From positions 1 through 33,230 of the forward strand of contig JBBTVC010000016.1 of NCBI GenBank assembly GCA_038063435.1: 33,230 nucleotides of DNA, written 5' to 3'. A program made the translations under genes and the position numbers. The stretch's first letter is position 1. The number at the start of each line of letters is the position of its first letter. The DNA comes from Patescibacteria group bacterium (GTDB lineage: Bacteria > Patescibacteriota > Minisyncoccia > HO2-45-28). Below, in pieces: positions 8,929 through 18,556 of the stretch. The notes below the pieces were generated by a model. The model was not told where the DNA came from and searched no databases. It was given only the letters and a program-made list of their open reading frames with translations.

Positions 8929-10182
8929 ATGAAAATTCGTTCGGTTCCGCTCGGTCTGTTTTTGGCCGTTTCTTTGTTGTTGGCGCGTCCGGCTCCGGCC
9001 CAGGTGGCCGCGGTTGAAACGCTTTCACCGAGAATACTTGCTTTGGCCGAAATAATAAGAACGATTGAAGAAAACTCTTTTTACGAATTAAGCGAGAAAG
9101 AATTAAATGCCGTTCAGGAATGTATGGCCGGAAGGGCTTTCAGAAGTTTTGAAATGAAAAAAGGCGAAATGCTGAAGGAAGACCTGAAAATTACAAGCTG
9201 TTTTCCGCAGGATAAACGCGCGATGTATTTTCCGCCGGCAGTTGCCAAGAACTTAAATGAAGCGCGCGAGGGGCATTTTAGCGGAATAGGCATCTCCGTG
9301 GCTCCCGATGAAGAAATCGGCGGCATTGCGGTCAAAGAAATCCTGCCGGCTGGTCCTGTTGAAAAAGACGGACGGCTAAAGGTTGGCGACGTCATTACGG
9401 CCGTAGGCGAGTTTGTTGAAGGCCAAGAAATTAAAACCGCCCCGCTTAAGGGCCTTGATTTTGGCAAAATGATTGAGATGGTTAGAGGAGCGCCCGGAAC
9501 CAAAATCGCGCTTGAGGTGCGGAGGGGCGGCCAGAAACTGCCATTGATAATTATTGCCAGAGAAGACGTTAAGATTCAGTCTGTTAAGGCCTACGAAATA
9601 GAGCCCGGGGTGGGCTATTTGAAAATACATTCTTTTTTGAGCTTAAACGTGGCGGCCGATGTTTGGCTGGTCTTAGCCGGTTTTAAAGACAAAAACATTA
9701 ATAAGTTAATTGTTGATTTAAGGCGCAATTCCGGCGGGCTTATGAACGAGACAATGATGATCGCCTCATTTTTTACTCCGAGAATCGGCGATCTTATTTT
9801 GGAAGCGCGCTGGCGCGGCCAGAAGACCGGCCAAGGACAGAGATTTACTTCTCCTTTGACAGGACCTTTTTCTGAAATTAAAACCGTTGTTTTAATTGAC
9901 GGCTCATCTGCGTCCGCGTCCGAGATTTTAGCCGGCTCTTTGAAGATATGGGGCGCAAAAGTAGTCGGAGTTAAAAGCTACGGCAAGGGCAGTATTCAGA
10001 CCGTGATTCCGCTTTCTGATGGCGGTGAGTTTAGTTTAACCACCGGTCTTTATTATCTCGCTGACGGCAAGACTCCTGAAGACGGAGGAATTGAGCCGCA
10101 TTTCGTCATTGAAGACGACCCCAGAACTCCGGATGTTGATGAGGCCCTGGCGGTTGCGACCGGAATACTTATGGACCCTTAA
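8929..10182 (+). CDS. S41 family C-terminal processing (tail-specific) peptidase with PDZ domain
   Basis: Signal peptide ...LLLARPAPAQV. PDZ-like GIGISV...GGIAVKEILPAGPVEKDGRLKVGDVITAV. Catalytic contexts are IDGSSASASEILAG (Ser) and GKGSIQ (Lys). Confidence 0.85.
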   Translation: MKIRSVPLGLFLAVSLLLARPAPAQVAAVETLSPRILALAEIIRTIEENSFYELSEKELNAVQECMAGRAFRSFEMKKGEMLKEDLKITSCFPQDKRAMYFPPAVAKNLNEAREGHFSGIGISVAPDEEIGGIAVKEILPAGPVEKDGRLKVGDVITAVGEFVEGQEIKTAPLKGLDFGKMIEMVRGAPGTKIALEVRRGGQKLPLIIIAREDVKIQSVKAYEIEPGVGYLKIHSFLSLNVAADVWLVLAGFKDKNINKLIVDLRRNSGGLMNETMMIASFFTPRIGDLILEARWRGQKTGQGQRFTSPLTGPFSEIKTVVLIDGSSASASEILAGSLKIWGAKVVGVKSYGKGSIQTVIPLSDGGEFSLTTGLYYLADGKTPEDGGIEPHFVIEDDPRTPDVDEALAVATGILMDP

Positions 10183-10203
10183 TTTTCATACGCAAGCACG
10201 CAA

Positions 10204-10239
10204 ATGCGTCCCGCAACTGCCGGACGCATTTTTATTTTG
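10204..10239 (+). terminator. Intrinsic terminator after the S41 gene
   Basis: Stem ATGCGTCC (10204-10211) / GGACGCAT (10222-10229) followed by TTTTTATTTT. Confidence 0.65.
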
Positions 10240-10266
10240 TCCCAAAATCTGTATAATAACTTCATA

Positions 10267-12351
10267 ATGGCTAGAAAAAAGAAAGAACGCGCGTCCAAAA
10301 AAGAGGACGCGGGAGAAGTAGGCCGTTACGAAAGGGTAAGCCGGGAAACAAAACATTCCATTTGGGCTATTTTTTCCATGGCCTTGTCTCTTTTATTCGT
10401 GCTTGCGGCTTACGGCAAAGCCGGCTTTATTGGCGAGAGCATCTACGGATTTTTGGACCTTCTTTTCGGCGGAGCGTTTTTTTTGGTGCCGCTGACGCTT
10501 TTTTTAGCCGGACTCTCTTTTATTTTTTCGCTTAGGACCAGTCTTGTGGCCACAACAATCGGCGGAGGGTTTTTAATGCTTTTTTCAACGCTTGGGATAT
10601 TTGATGCTATTTTTGGCGAAAAATCCGCGGGCCTGATTGGGCTTGCCGTTTCTTACCCGCTTTTAAAACTTTTTGATTTCTGGGCAACTTTAGTCATATT
10701 GGTTTCCCTTTCTATAATATCCCTGCTTTTAATGCTTAATGTTTCAATAAAGCCGCGGCGCTGGTTTGCACGAAAAGAAAAAACCGATGATGAAGACTTA
10801 ATTACGGATAACGCCGAGAAAGTATCGGAGACGGCGGCAGAAACGGAACACCCGGCCTGGACCGGAATAAAAGAAGCGGCCGATGCCATCCGCCGGGAAT
10901 TAATGGCTAAATCCGATTCGGTCAGCCGAGCGCCCGTAACAGAGCGGGCCGAAGAGAACCAGGGTCTCGGGGTGGCCGAACCTTCGAATGACGAAGAGGG
11001 TTTTGAGGACGAGTCTTTTAAATTCGGCCAAAAAAATAAAAAGGCCGCTGTTTTCGAGTTCAAACCCCCGCCTTTAGACATTTTAGAAAACGACAAAGGC
11101 AAGCCGTCTTCCGGCGACATTAAGGCCAATTCCAACATCATTAAAAGAACTCTTCAGAATTTCAGCATTGCCGTTGAGATGGGCGAGATAAATGTCGGTC
11201 CGTCAATAACCCAATACACGCTGAGACCGGCCGAAGGCATAAAACTTTCGCGCATTATCGGTTTGCATAATGACTTATCTTTAGCGCTAGCTGCCCATCC
11301 GATAAGAATTGAAGCGCCCATTCCCGGTAAATCATTGGTTGGAGTTGAAATACCGAATAAGTCCATAGCCTTGGTCGGCATGGGCAGTATTTTATCGCAG
11401 GAAGAATATAAATCATCGGCTGCGCCCCTCTTTTTGGGTTTGGGGCGTGATGTCACGGGGCGGGCGATTTTTGCCGACCTTGGCAAAATGCCGCATCTTT
11501 TGGTCGCAGGCTCAACCGGATCGGGCAAATCAGTCGCGATTCACGCCATGATGATGTCTTTACTTTTTCGCAATCCTCCGGACCGGCTTCGCTTTCTGAT
11601 GATTGACCCGAAGCGGGTTGAGCTCACGGTTTATTCCGGAATACCACACATTTTAACACCGGTCATAACCGATGCTAAAAAAGCGATAATGGCTTTGAAG
11701 TGGGCGGTCAAAGAAATGGAGCGAAGATACGAACTTTTGGCCGCCGTCAAAGTGCGCGATATCAAGTCCTACCAGGAATCTAAAAATGCCGGGGAATTCC
11801 CCATGCCTTACATTCTTATAGTGATAGACGAGCTGGCCGACATGATGGCGGCTTACCCCCGGGAAATGGAAGCTTCAATCGTGCGTCTGGCCCAGATGTC
11901 GCGGGCTGTCGGCATCCATCTGGTTGTCTCTACACAGAGGCCGTCGGTTGAGGTTATTACCGGTTTAATTAAAGCCAACATAACCTCGCGCATCGCTTTC
12001 CAGGTGGCTTCTCAAGTTGATTCGCGGACTATTCTCGATATGGCCGGGGCCGAGAAGCTTTTGGGCAATGGCGACATGCTTTATTTATCAGGTGATGCTT
12101 CAAAGCCGCGAAGACTACAGGGCGCTTTTGTTTCTGAATCAGAGGTGAGAAGGGTTGCCCAGCATCTTGAATCCCAATATGCCCAGTCGGAATTCGACGG
12201 CTTGAATCTTGAGCCCGAAAACAGCGCTACGTCTATTTTTCAAACAGGCAAAGCGGAAGAAGTTGACGACGAGCTTTATAAACAAGCGGAGGAGGTGATA
12301 ATGCAGGCCGGCAAAGCATCAGCCTCGTATCTGAACGGAGGCTCCGGGTAG
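10267..12351 (+). CDS. ftsK: DNA translocase FtsK/SpoIIIE (N-terminal TM domain, linker, motor); the reading frame ends prematurely inside the gamma domain
   Basis: Walker A GSTGSGKS, Walker [10 protein letters not shown], and [16 protein letters not shown] 10267 lies 9 nt after TATAAT (10252-10257). The track's start at 10204 falls inside the upstream terminator hairpin. The frame stops at ...[11 protein letters not shown]. Confidence 0.85.
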   Translation: MARKKKERASKKEDAGEVGRYERVSRETKHSIWAIFSMALSLLFVLAAYGKAGFIGESIYGFLDLLFGGAFFLVPLTLFLAGLSFIFSLRTSLVATTIGGGFLMLFSTLGIFDAIFGEKSAGLIGLAVSYPLLKLFDFWATLVILVSLSIISLLLMLNVSIKPRRWFARKEKTDDEDLITDNAEKVSETAAETEHPAWTGIKEAADAIRRELMAKSDSVSRAPVTERAEENQGLGVAEPSNDEEGFEDESFKFGQKNKKAAVFEFKPPPLDILENDKGKPSSGDIKANSNIIKRTLQNFSIAVEMGEINVGPSITQYTLRPAEGIKLSRIIGLHNDLSLALAAHPIRIEAPIPGKSLVGVEIPNKSIALVGMGSILSQEEYKSSAAPLFLGLGRDVTGRAIFADLGKMPHLLVAGSTGSGKSVAIHAMMMSLLFRNPPDRLRFLMIDPKRVELTVYSGIPHILTPVITDAKKAIMALKWAVKEMERRYELLAAVKVRDIKSYQESKNAGEFPMPYILIVIDELADMMAAYPREMEASIVRLAQMSRAVGIHLVVSTQRPSVEVITGLIKANITSRIAFQVASQVDSRTILDMAGAEKLLGNGDMLYLSGDASKPRRLQGAFVSESEVRRVAQHLESQYAQSEFDGLNLEPENSATSIFQTGKAEEVDDELYKQAEEVIMQAGKASASYLNGGSG

Positions 12352-12533
12352 GATATGCCCGCGCGGCGAGACTCCTGGATATTTTGGAGTCCCGCGGAGT
12401 TATCGGGCCGGCCGATGGCGCGAAGCCTCGCGAAGTGCTTATAAAAAAGAATCCAAACAACGCGGTTGGAGCCGTCGAAGGAGAAGAATCCGAAAACACC
12501 GGAGAAGGAAAAAACTTTTTTGATTCGTTTTAA
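12336..12533 (+). pseudogene. ftsK: FtsK gamma (winged-helix) domain encoded in the -1 frame relative to the ftsK body
   Basis: The frame starting at 12336 reads [38 protein letters not shown]...*, the canonical continuation of SASxLQRRLRIGYxRAARL. One missing base between CTG (12331-12333) and CGG (12336-12338) explains the break. Confidence 0.8.
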
Positions 12534-12544
12534 AAGAATTTAAT

Positions 12545-12889
12545 ATGAGACGCTTTGTCGTAATATGGATTTTCGGACTATTTTTGGCGTCTTTTTTTGT
12601 TTATTTTATTTTTATTTTCCAAAGTTTTTGGCGCGGGCCTCAAATTACGATTGATTTTCCCGAAGAAGGCGCAGGCCTCAGTAATTCCCACATTCTGGTG
12701 AGGGGCCGCGGACACGATATAACTAAATTGGAGCTTAATGGCCGGCTGGTTTATACTGATGAAAACGGCGATTTTGAAGAGGAATTGATTTTGGCTTCGG
12801 GTCTTAATATTATTGAGCTTAAGGCCGATGGCCGTTTTGGCCGCAAGATTTCCGAAAAAAGAATGGTCATGGTAAAATTAACGGAATAA
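12545..12889 (+). CDS. Hypothetical membrane-anchored protein with a small beta-sandwich/Ig-like ectodomain
   Basis: N-terminal TM helix VVIWIFGLFLASFFVYFIFIF, followed by a PQITIDFPEEG...ILVRGRG...LELNGRLVYTDENGDFEEELILASGLNIIELKA pattern typical of Ig-like domains. The family assignment is tentative. Confidence 0.55.
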   Translation: MRRFVVIWIFGLFLASFFVYFIFIFQSFWRGPQITIDFPEEGAGLSNSHILVRGRGHDITKLELNGRLVYTDENGDFEEELILASGLNIIELKADGRFGRKISEKRMVMVKLTE

Positions 12890-12899
12890 TTTTAAATAA

Positions 12900-13916
12900 A
12901 TGATAAAAAAACAAAAAGAGGAAAAAAATGACAAGATGGCTGCCGTTGAGGCGGCGATCAAGAGCATTCAGGCCAAATATGGCGAGGGCGCGATTATGAA
13001 ACTTGGCGAGGCCCGCCGGGTTGACGTTGATGTGGTGCCGACCGGGTCGCTATCTTTGGATATGGCTTTGGGTGTTGGCGGAGTGCCTCGGGGAAGAGTG
13101 ATTGAAATTTTCGGCCCTGAATCTTCGGGTAAAACAACACTTGCTTTAAATATCGTGGCGCAGGCCCAGAAAAAAGGAGGTCTTTGCGCTTTTGTGGATG
13201 CCGAGCATGCGCTGGATCCGGAGTACGCCAAAAAGTTGGGAGTTAAAATTGACGACCTTCTGATATCCCAGCCTGACACCGGCGAGCAGGCCCTTGAAAT
13301 AGTTGAATCTCTGGTGCGTTCGGCAAGCATTGATGTTGTGGTGATTGATTCGGTCGCTGCCCTTACTCCTAGGGCGGAAATTGAAGGAGATATGGGCCAA
13401 GCCCATATTGGTTTGCAAGCCAGGCTCATGTCCCAAGCCCTTCGCAAGCTCACGGCCCTTGTCGCAAAGACTAAAACCATCGTTATTTTTATAAATCAAA
13501 TAAGGATGCAAATCGGCATGATGTTCGGCAATCCCGAAACTACACCCGGCGGAAAAGCGCTTAAATTTTACGCGTCAGTCCGCATTGATATTCGCCGCAC
13601 GGCCCAGATAAAAAAGGGGGAAGAGTCAATCGGCAATCGTGTTAAAGCCAAAGTGGTTAAAAATAAAGTGGCCGCGCCTTTTAGGTTCGCCGAATTTGAC
13701 ATAATGTTTGGCGAAGGCATTTCTTACGAGGGCGATGTTTTGAATCTGGGAATTAAATATGAACTGGTTAAAAAACTGGGAAACACTTTTTCTTACGACG
13801 CCCACAAGCTCGGCGTAGGCTACGAAAACGCCAGAAACTTTTTGAAAGAAAATCCAAAAATCACTCAGGAGCTGGTTAAAAAAATAAAAGAAGCGGCCAA
13901 ATCCGCCGCTTCGTAA
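12900..13916 (+). CDS. recA: Recombinase RecA
   Basis: [16 protein letters not shown] (Walker A), VVIDSVAAL and [22 protein letters not shown]. Alternative start at 12936 ([12 protein letters not shown]). Confidence 0.95.
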   Translation: MIKKQKEEKNDKMAAVEAAIKSIQAKYGEGAIMKLGEARRVDVDVVPTGSLSLDMALGVGGVPRGRVIEIFGPESSGKTTLALNIVAQAQKKGGLCAFVDAEHALDPEYAKKLGVKIDDLLISQPDTGEQALEIVESLVRSASIDVVVIDSVAALTPRAEIEGDMGQAHIGLQARLMSQALRKLTALVAKTKTIVIFINQIRMQIGMMFGNPETTPGGKALKFYASVRIDIRRTAQIKKGEESIGNRVKAKVVKNKVAAPFRFAEFDIMFGEGISYEGDVLNLGIKYELVKKLGNTFSYDAHKLGVGYENARNFLKENPKITQELVKKIKEAAKSAAS

Positions 13917-13927
13917 TTTTGTTGACC

Positions 13928-14629
13928 TTAGCCCAGTCCAAGTATTAAAAAGCTCGTCCAGTGCGCGTTCATTATGAATCCGAATGCGACCGGAACCATT
14001 AAGACAAACAAAAGGCTATAAATTAAAACCGTTTTAGTCAGCTGCCAGAAAGAAAGGTGCGCGATGATTGTGCGGTCGCGGATTTCAACTGATTCCAGCG
14101 CGATTTTCATAACCTTGCCCTTAAAATCATCTGGAAGCCTGTAGACCGGAAAAATGTTTAGATATAAACCGACAGCCATTTCAACGGCTGCGCTAATAAG
14201 TTCCTCTTTCATTTTTGATTTCTCAAATCCGGCAACGCCCAACTCCAAAAATTCAAGATTTTGATGTCGGAAATGAAAACTGCCTCCGTGGCTGTTATAG
14301 ACGAGATTGCCGTTTGCTTTCGCGGTTATTTTTACTTCTTTCGTAAAACCGTAGAGTTTAACGTCAAAACTTAAGTTTATTAAGTTGTTATCAAGGTTGA
14401 AATCCAGCCGGTCAATTAAAACAACAGTTCTTAGTTTTTGCGCCCTGAACGGAATTTTTTCAGCGATTTTTTCTTTTATTCTTTGCTCGCTTATGGAAAT
14501 ATCTTTTATTTTACCGATGGTTAGAGCGATGCCCGAGAATAAAGCAATAAGCGCGGAAATTGAAATGGTCACCCACGTTTTTCGTGTAAACAATTTCCGT
14601 CCCCCCGTTTTCAAACAGCGCCAACCCAA
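13928..14629 (-). CDS. Hypothetical membrane protein
   Basis: 233-aa ORF with an N-terminal TM helix (ISISALIALFSGIALTI) and C-terminal hydrophobic helices. I cannot make a confident family call; it has a faint DUF1439-like feel only. Confidence 0.5.
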   Translation of the reverse strand: MGWRCLKTGGRKLFTRKTWVTISISALIALFSGIALTIGKIKDISISEQRIKEKIAEKIPFRAQKLRTVVLIDRLDFNLDNNLINLSFDVKLYGFTKEVKITAKANGNLVYNSHGGSFHFRHQNLEFLELGVAGFEKSKMKEELISAAVEMAVGLYLNIFPVYRLPDDFKGKVMKIALESVEIRDRTIIAHLSFWQLTKTVLIYSLLFVLMVPVAFGFIMNAHWTSFLILGLG

Positions 14630-14680
14630 TATAAAAATAGCACAGGTTCAGCGGATTTGTAAATGAGCGAGCGCCCGGTT

Positions 14681-14887
14681 TTAATGTGTCACAAACGGTA
14701 CTAAGGCCATTTGGCGGGCGCGTTTGATGGCTTTTGCGAGTTTACGCTGATGGGTGGAACAAACCGAAGTTTTGCGCTTGGCTAAAATTTTTGACTGCGG
14801 GCTTAAAAATTTTTTTAAGACCTCGGTGTCTTTATAGTCCACCGATTTCATGTTGGAAGTGCAAAAATAACACTGCTCTTTTCTCAT
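14681..14887 (-). CDS. rpsR: 30S ribosomal protein S18
   Basis: CYFCTSNMKSVDYKDTEVLKKFLSPQSKILAKRKTSVCSTHQRKLAKAIKRARQMALVPF is canonical S18. It sits in the rpsF-ssb-rpsR arrangement. Confidence 0.93.
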   Translation of the reverse strand: MRKEQCYFCTSNMKSVDYKDTEVLKKFLSPQSKILAKRKTSVCSTHQRKLAKAIKRARQMALVPFVTH

Positions 14888-14890
14888 ATT

Positions 14891-15331
14891 TTAAAAAGGA
14901 ATTTCGTCGGGGTTTATATTTTCCTCGCCGTAATCAATAGTGGGCACTTCCGGCTGGGCTTCTTCTTTCGGCGCTGTCTCCTGTTTATTGACCGAGGCTC
15001 CCGAGCTTCGCGGTCCTAACTGTATGCTTTCGGCTACAACCTCGGTTTTGTATTTTTTCTGCCCGTCTTGCCCTTGCCACGAACGATTCTGGATTCTTCC
15101 CTCAACCATTAAAAGAGAGCCCTTATTTAAATATTGTTTGGAAATTTCGGCCAGCCGTCCGAAAGCTACGATGTTATGAAATTGGGTGTCTTGCTGTTTT
15201 TGTCCGCTTTTGTCGTTGAAAAAACGGTTGGTCGCAACACCGAAAGAGGCCACGCTTTGCCCGGAAGGCAGCGCCCTTATTTCCGGATCGCGGGTCAGAT
15301 TGCCTATTAAAAAAATTTTATTTAAATTCAT
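14891..15331 (-). CDS. ssb: Single-stranded DNA-binding protein
   Basis: OB-fold N-terminus MNLNKIFLIGNLTRDPEIRALPSG...FHNIVAFGRLAE and an acidic tail ending DEIPF. Confidence 0.9.
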   Translation of the reverse strand: MNLNKIFLIGNLTRDPEIRALPSGQSVASFGVATNRFFNDKSGQKQQDTQFHNIVAFGRLAEISKQYLNKGSLLMVEGRIQNRSWQGQDGQKKYKTEVVAESIQLGPRSSGASVNKQETAPKEEAQPEVPTIDYGEENINPDEIPF

Positions 15332-15354
15332 TTTTGTTATTTTTAGTTAATAAT

Positions 15355-15771
15355 TTATTTTCCCAGCATTTCCTCAAGTTTTTTGTCTATTTCGGCGATA
15401 TCGGTTTTTTCCGCGGCCGGAGTCTGAATAATTCTCCTTTTGCGCGCGGGTCTCTCGGACATCTCGGCTCTATTAACCTTAAAAATCGCGAACCGCACTA
15501 TTTTCTTTGAATCATCTTTTAAAGATTGTTCAATCGCGGCCAGGGCCTCGGGCCTAGCCATAAATTTTATCCAGCCCCACCAGCCCTCTTTTTCCCCGCC
15601 CACCGGATAACTTAAGACTTTACGCGTCGGCTGGTTTTGCGTGGCAATTATTCCGTGCTCTTTTTCAATTGCCCCGCCGACCAAAGCCGCGCATTCAAGA
15701 GCCGCTTGGTCGTCTGCGGCTCTGGCTAAGTACGATATTTCATATAGCTTAGGGTCGCTTTCTTTATCCAT
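15355..15771 (-). CDS. rpsF: 30S ribosomal protein S6
   Basis: It lies upstream of ssb-rpsR. The sequence KLYEISYLA...WGWIKF...IVRFAIFKV is S6-like. I chose the start at MDKES (15771); the track ORF extends to 15819. Confidence 0.75.
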   Translation of the reverse strand: MDKESDPKLYEISYLARAADDQAALECAALVGGAIEKEHGIIATQNQPTRKVLSYPVGGEKEGWWGWIKFMARPEALAAIEQSLKDDSKKIVRFAIFKVNRAEMSERPARKRRIIQTPAAEKTDIAEIDKKLEEMLGK

Positions 15772-15820
15772 TGAATCAAAAGTAGCATGTATGTTTATAA
15801 ATTTCAACCCCAGCAACACT

Positions 15821-16834
15821 TTATTTGCCGATTAAAAATTCTATTACATCGCCGTCTAAAACTTCGTAATCTTTGCCTTCGGTCCGGATGAGCCCTTTAT
15901 TTGAGGCGTCGGCAAAGGATTTAGTTGAAACAAGCTTTTGCCAGTCGATTACTTTGGCCCTGATAAAATTTTTCTCGAAGTCCGAATGTATGGCGCCGGC
16001 GGCCTCTTTGGCGCGCGAACCGCGTTTTATTGTCCAGGCCCGCGCTTCTTTTTCGCCGACGGTTAAAAATGATATTAAATTCAGGGCTTCGTAGCAGACT
16101 TTTATTAAGTCATCGAGACCTTCTCCGGTTTTGGCTGAAAAATAAATGATTGGTTTTTCGCGGTGTGTTTTTTTGAAGTTTTTTACATCCGCGAGCTTTG
16201 AAGCATCGGTGTTGAATGCGTAAATTTTTGGTTTAAGCGAAAGTAAATTGAGTTCTTTTAGAACCACGGATATTTTTTCATTCCCGGCGTCTTTTTCCGA
16301 AACACGGAACTCTTTACCCCCAGCCGTTTTTTCTTTAAGAGAAAAAAGAAACACAGCCTCCTCTTTTTTAGACGGGTCTTTTTTAATTGAATCCAGTTTT
16401 TTTTCAAGCGACTCAAGGTCTTTTAACCGTAGTTCGGTTTCTATTATTTCAGCGTCTTCCCCCGGATTTTTTGAGTGTTCACGAAGTATTTCGGGGTCTT
16501 CAAAATCACGCACAACCTCAAGAATTATTGAGGCGTTTTTGATGTGATTTAAAAATTGATTGCCGAGCCCCTCGCCTTCGGATGCGCCCTTAACCAAACC
16601 CGCGATATCAACGAAAGTTATGGCTGTCGGGACTATTGGAGGGGGGGTCTCGGGATTAAACCAGCGGGCGAGTTTGTCCAGCCGTTCATCCGGAACGCTG
16701 ACCACGCCGATATTCGGCTCAATTGTGGCAAATGGGTAATTGGCCACGAGCGCCTGCTCGCGTTTTAAAAGGGCGTTGAATAATGATGATTTGCCGACAT
16801 TAGGCAAGCCGACTATGCCGATTTTTAGAGACAT
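15821..16834 (-). CDS. ychF: Ribosome-binding ATPase YchF (Obg-like GTPase family)
   Basis: MSLKIGIVGLPNVGKSSLFNALL, ATIEPNIGVV, DIAGLVKGASEGEGLGNQFL and a C-terminal TGS-like GKDYEVLDGDVIEF. The ATG is at 16834; the track uses TTG 16840. Confidence 0.9.
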   Translation of the reverse strand: MSLKIGIVGLPNVGKSSLFNALLKREQALVANYPFATIEPNIGVVSVPDERLDKLARWFNPETPPPIVPTAITFVDIAGLVKGASEGEGLGNQFLNHIKNASIILEVVRDFEDPEILREHSKNPGEDAEIIETELRLKDLESLEKKLDSIKKDPSKKEEAVFLFSLKEKTAGGKEFRVSEKDAGNEKISVVLKELNLLSLKPKIYAFNTDASKLADVKNFKKTHREKPIIYFSAKTGEGLDDLIKVCYEALNLISFLTVGEKEARAWTIKRGSRAKEAAGAIHSDFEKNFIRAKVIDWQKLVSTKSFADASNKGLIRTEGKDYEVLDGDVIEFLIGK

Positions 16835-16856
16835 AAACAAATGTTAAGATTAAAGC

Positions 16857-18194
16857 GTGAACAAAATCAATCCGTCTATATTTAAAGAATACGATATTCG
16901 GGGAAAATATCCCGACGAAATTGACGAGGATGCTGTTTATAAAATTGGTTCCGCTTTTTGCGAATATCTAAATCAAAAAAAACATTTCGGTAAAATCGTC
17001 GTAGGGCGGGACGCGCGGCTTTCTTCGCCGGAGTTGTCCGAGGTTTTCACGCAAGGAGTTTTAGACCAGGGCCGGGACGTTATTGATGTCGGACTTTGTT
17101 CAACGCCTCTTTTTTATTTCGCGCTGAATTCGTCCGGCTCGGCCGGCGGCGGAATGATCACCGCTTCGCATAACCCTAAAGAGTATAACGGATTGAAATT
17201 GATCCGCGAGGGCGGGCGGCCGGTTTATAAAAAAGACGGCTTGCCGGAAGTCGAGACGCTGGCCAACTTAGAAATTGCGCGAAAATTCGGAGTAGGAAAG
17301 GCAACAAAAGAGGATTTTAGCCGAGGTTATTTAGATTTTTTAAAAAAGCACACTGACACAAAACGGCCGTTAAAAATTGTTGCCGACGCCTCAAACGGAT
17401 CGGCCGGGCCAATTTTAGAAAAATTTTTAGACGAAACGAGTGTTTCTTCCGAAAAATTATTTTTTGAGCCCGACGGAAGTTTTCCGAATCATTCACCGAA
17501 CCCATTTTTGCCGGAGTCAAGAAAACTTCTTGAAGAAAAAGTTAAGACATCCGGCGCCGACTTTGGATTTATAGTTGACGCAGACGGCGACAGAATATTT
17601 TTTATAGACGAGAAAGGAAACTATGTTCCAGGCGATATAATGTTTGCGTTTTTGCTGGACAATCTCGCGCGAGAAGGGGACTTGATTCTTATTACAACGC
17701 GCGAGTCAAAAATTTTATTTGAAGTTGCGCAAAGAAGGGGAGCCGATGTAGTAAGAACTCGTGTTGGGCACGCAAATATAAAAACAGCCATGCGCGCCAA
17801 AAATGCCCGTTTCGGAGGAGAATTGTCCGGACATTTTTATTTCCGAGATTTTTATTATTCTGATTCGGCTCTTTTGATGCTGGCGCATGTTTTAACTCTG
17901 GTTTCGGTTTCAAACAAGCCGTTTTCTGAATTATTAAAGCCGTATCAAAAATATTTCCATTCCGGAGAATTAAATTTTGAGACCAGAAATCCGCAGGAGG
18001 CAATAGAAAAGTTAAAAAAAGAATATTCAAGCGGCCGCCAGTCATTTCTTGACGGTCTGTCTGTTGATTTTGACTCGTGGTGGTTCAATATCCGCGCTTC
18101 TAAAACAGAACCTCTCGTGCGCCTCGTCGTTGAGGCCGATTCCCAAAAACCAATGGAAGAAAAAATAAAAGAGTTGACAGAAAGGATTAAATAA
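16857..18194 (+). CDS. Phosphomannomutase/phosphoglucomutase (alpha-D-phosphohexomutase family)
   Basis: FKEYDIRG, active-site TASHNPKEYNGLK, Mg site DADGDR and GELSGH. GTG start. Confidence 0.85.
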   Translation: MNKINPSIFKEYDIRGKYPDEIDEDAVYKIGSAFCEYLNQKKHFGKIVVGRDARLSSPELSEVFTQGVLDQGRDVIDVGLCSTPLFYFALNSSGSAGGGMITASHNPKEYNGLKLIREGGRPVYKKDGLPEVETLANLEIARKFGVGKATKEDFSRGYLDFLKKHTDTKRPLKIVADASNGSAGPILEKFLDETSVSSEKLFFEPDGSFPNHSPNPFLPESRKLLEEKVKTSGADFGFIVDADGDRIFFIDEKGNYVPGDIMFAFLLDNLAREGDLILITTRESKILFEVAQRRGADVVRTRVGHANIKTAMRAKNARFGGELSGHFYFRDFYYSDSALLMLAHVLTLVSVSNKPFSELLKPYQKYFHSGELNFETRNPQEAIEKLKKEYSSGRQSFLDGLSVDFDSWWFNIRASKTEPLVRLVVEADSQKPMEEKIKELTERIK

Positions 18195-18239
18195 GCTAGA
18201 ATTTTTCTAGAATCCTTGGACTAGGGTAGGGGTGAAATT

Positions 18240-18455
18240 GTGTGGCATGTAGGTGGTTTTCCAAACAAGAACGCGCCTGTTTATATCCTTGTCGAGGAGA
18301 GTGCTTGTAGAGATAATGTGCCATTCTTGGCTAAGGCGATATTAGTAAAAACGGATCCGACATGGTGCTGGAAGTTGCTTGAATTTGATCCAGAAGAGGA
18401 AGAGGAAATTCTACAGCAACATTATTCGGTGGTTGCGTGGAGATATGTAAACTAA
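18240..18455 (+). CDS. Hypothetical Trp/Cys-rich 71-aa protein, first orphan gene of the pmm-trpS islet
   Basis: GTG start with GGGGTG 5 nt upstream. The ORF is followed 12 nt later by a strong hairpin terminator. I recognise no homology. Confidence 0.35.
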   Translation: MWHVGGFPNKNAPVYILVEESACRDNVPFLAKAILVKTDPTWCWKLLEFDPEEEEEILQQHYSVVAWRYVN

Positions 18456-18467
18456 AAATAAATTATT

Positions 18468-18499
18468 CCGCCAACGCATAATGCCGAGGCGGTTTTTTT
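18468..18499. terminator. Hairpin terminator T1 (bidirectional, A/T runs on both sides)
   Basis: CCGCC (18468-18472) ... GGCGG (18488-18492) with inner GC pairs, then T7. It is homologous to the hairpin at 19462-19491. Confidence 0.7.
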
Positions 18500-18556
18500 A
18501 TTTTTTAATTTCTAAACCAAATTTTTAATCACGGCAACCCAGCATCATATATGATC

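Noticed and set aside
10204-10266. Upstream extension of the ftsK ORF (track start 10204)
   Set aside because: The extension begins inside the S41 terminator hairpin and runs through the TATAAT box. [12 protein letters not shown] at 10267 is a typical FtsK N-terminus.
12331-12341. Programmed -1 ribosomal frameshift in ftsK
   Set aside because: There is no X-XXY-YYZ slippery heptamer at the shift point, and the nearby GGAGG lies downstream, not upstream. A one-base deletion or an assembly error is the simpler explanation.
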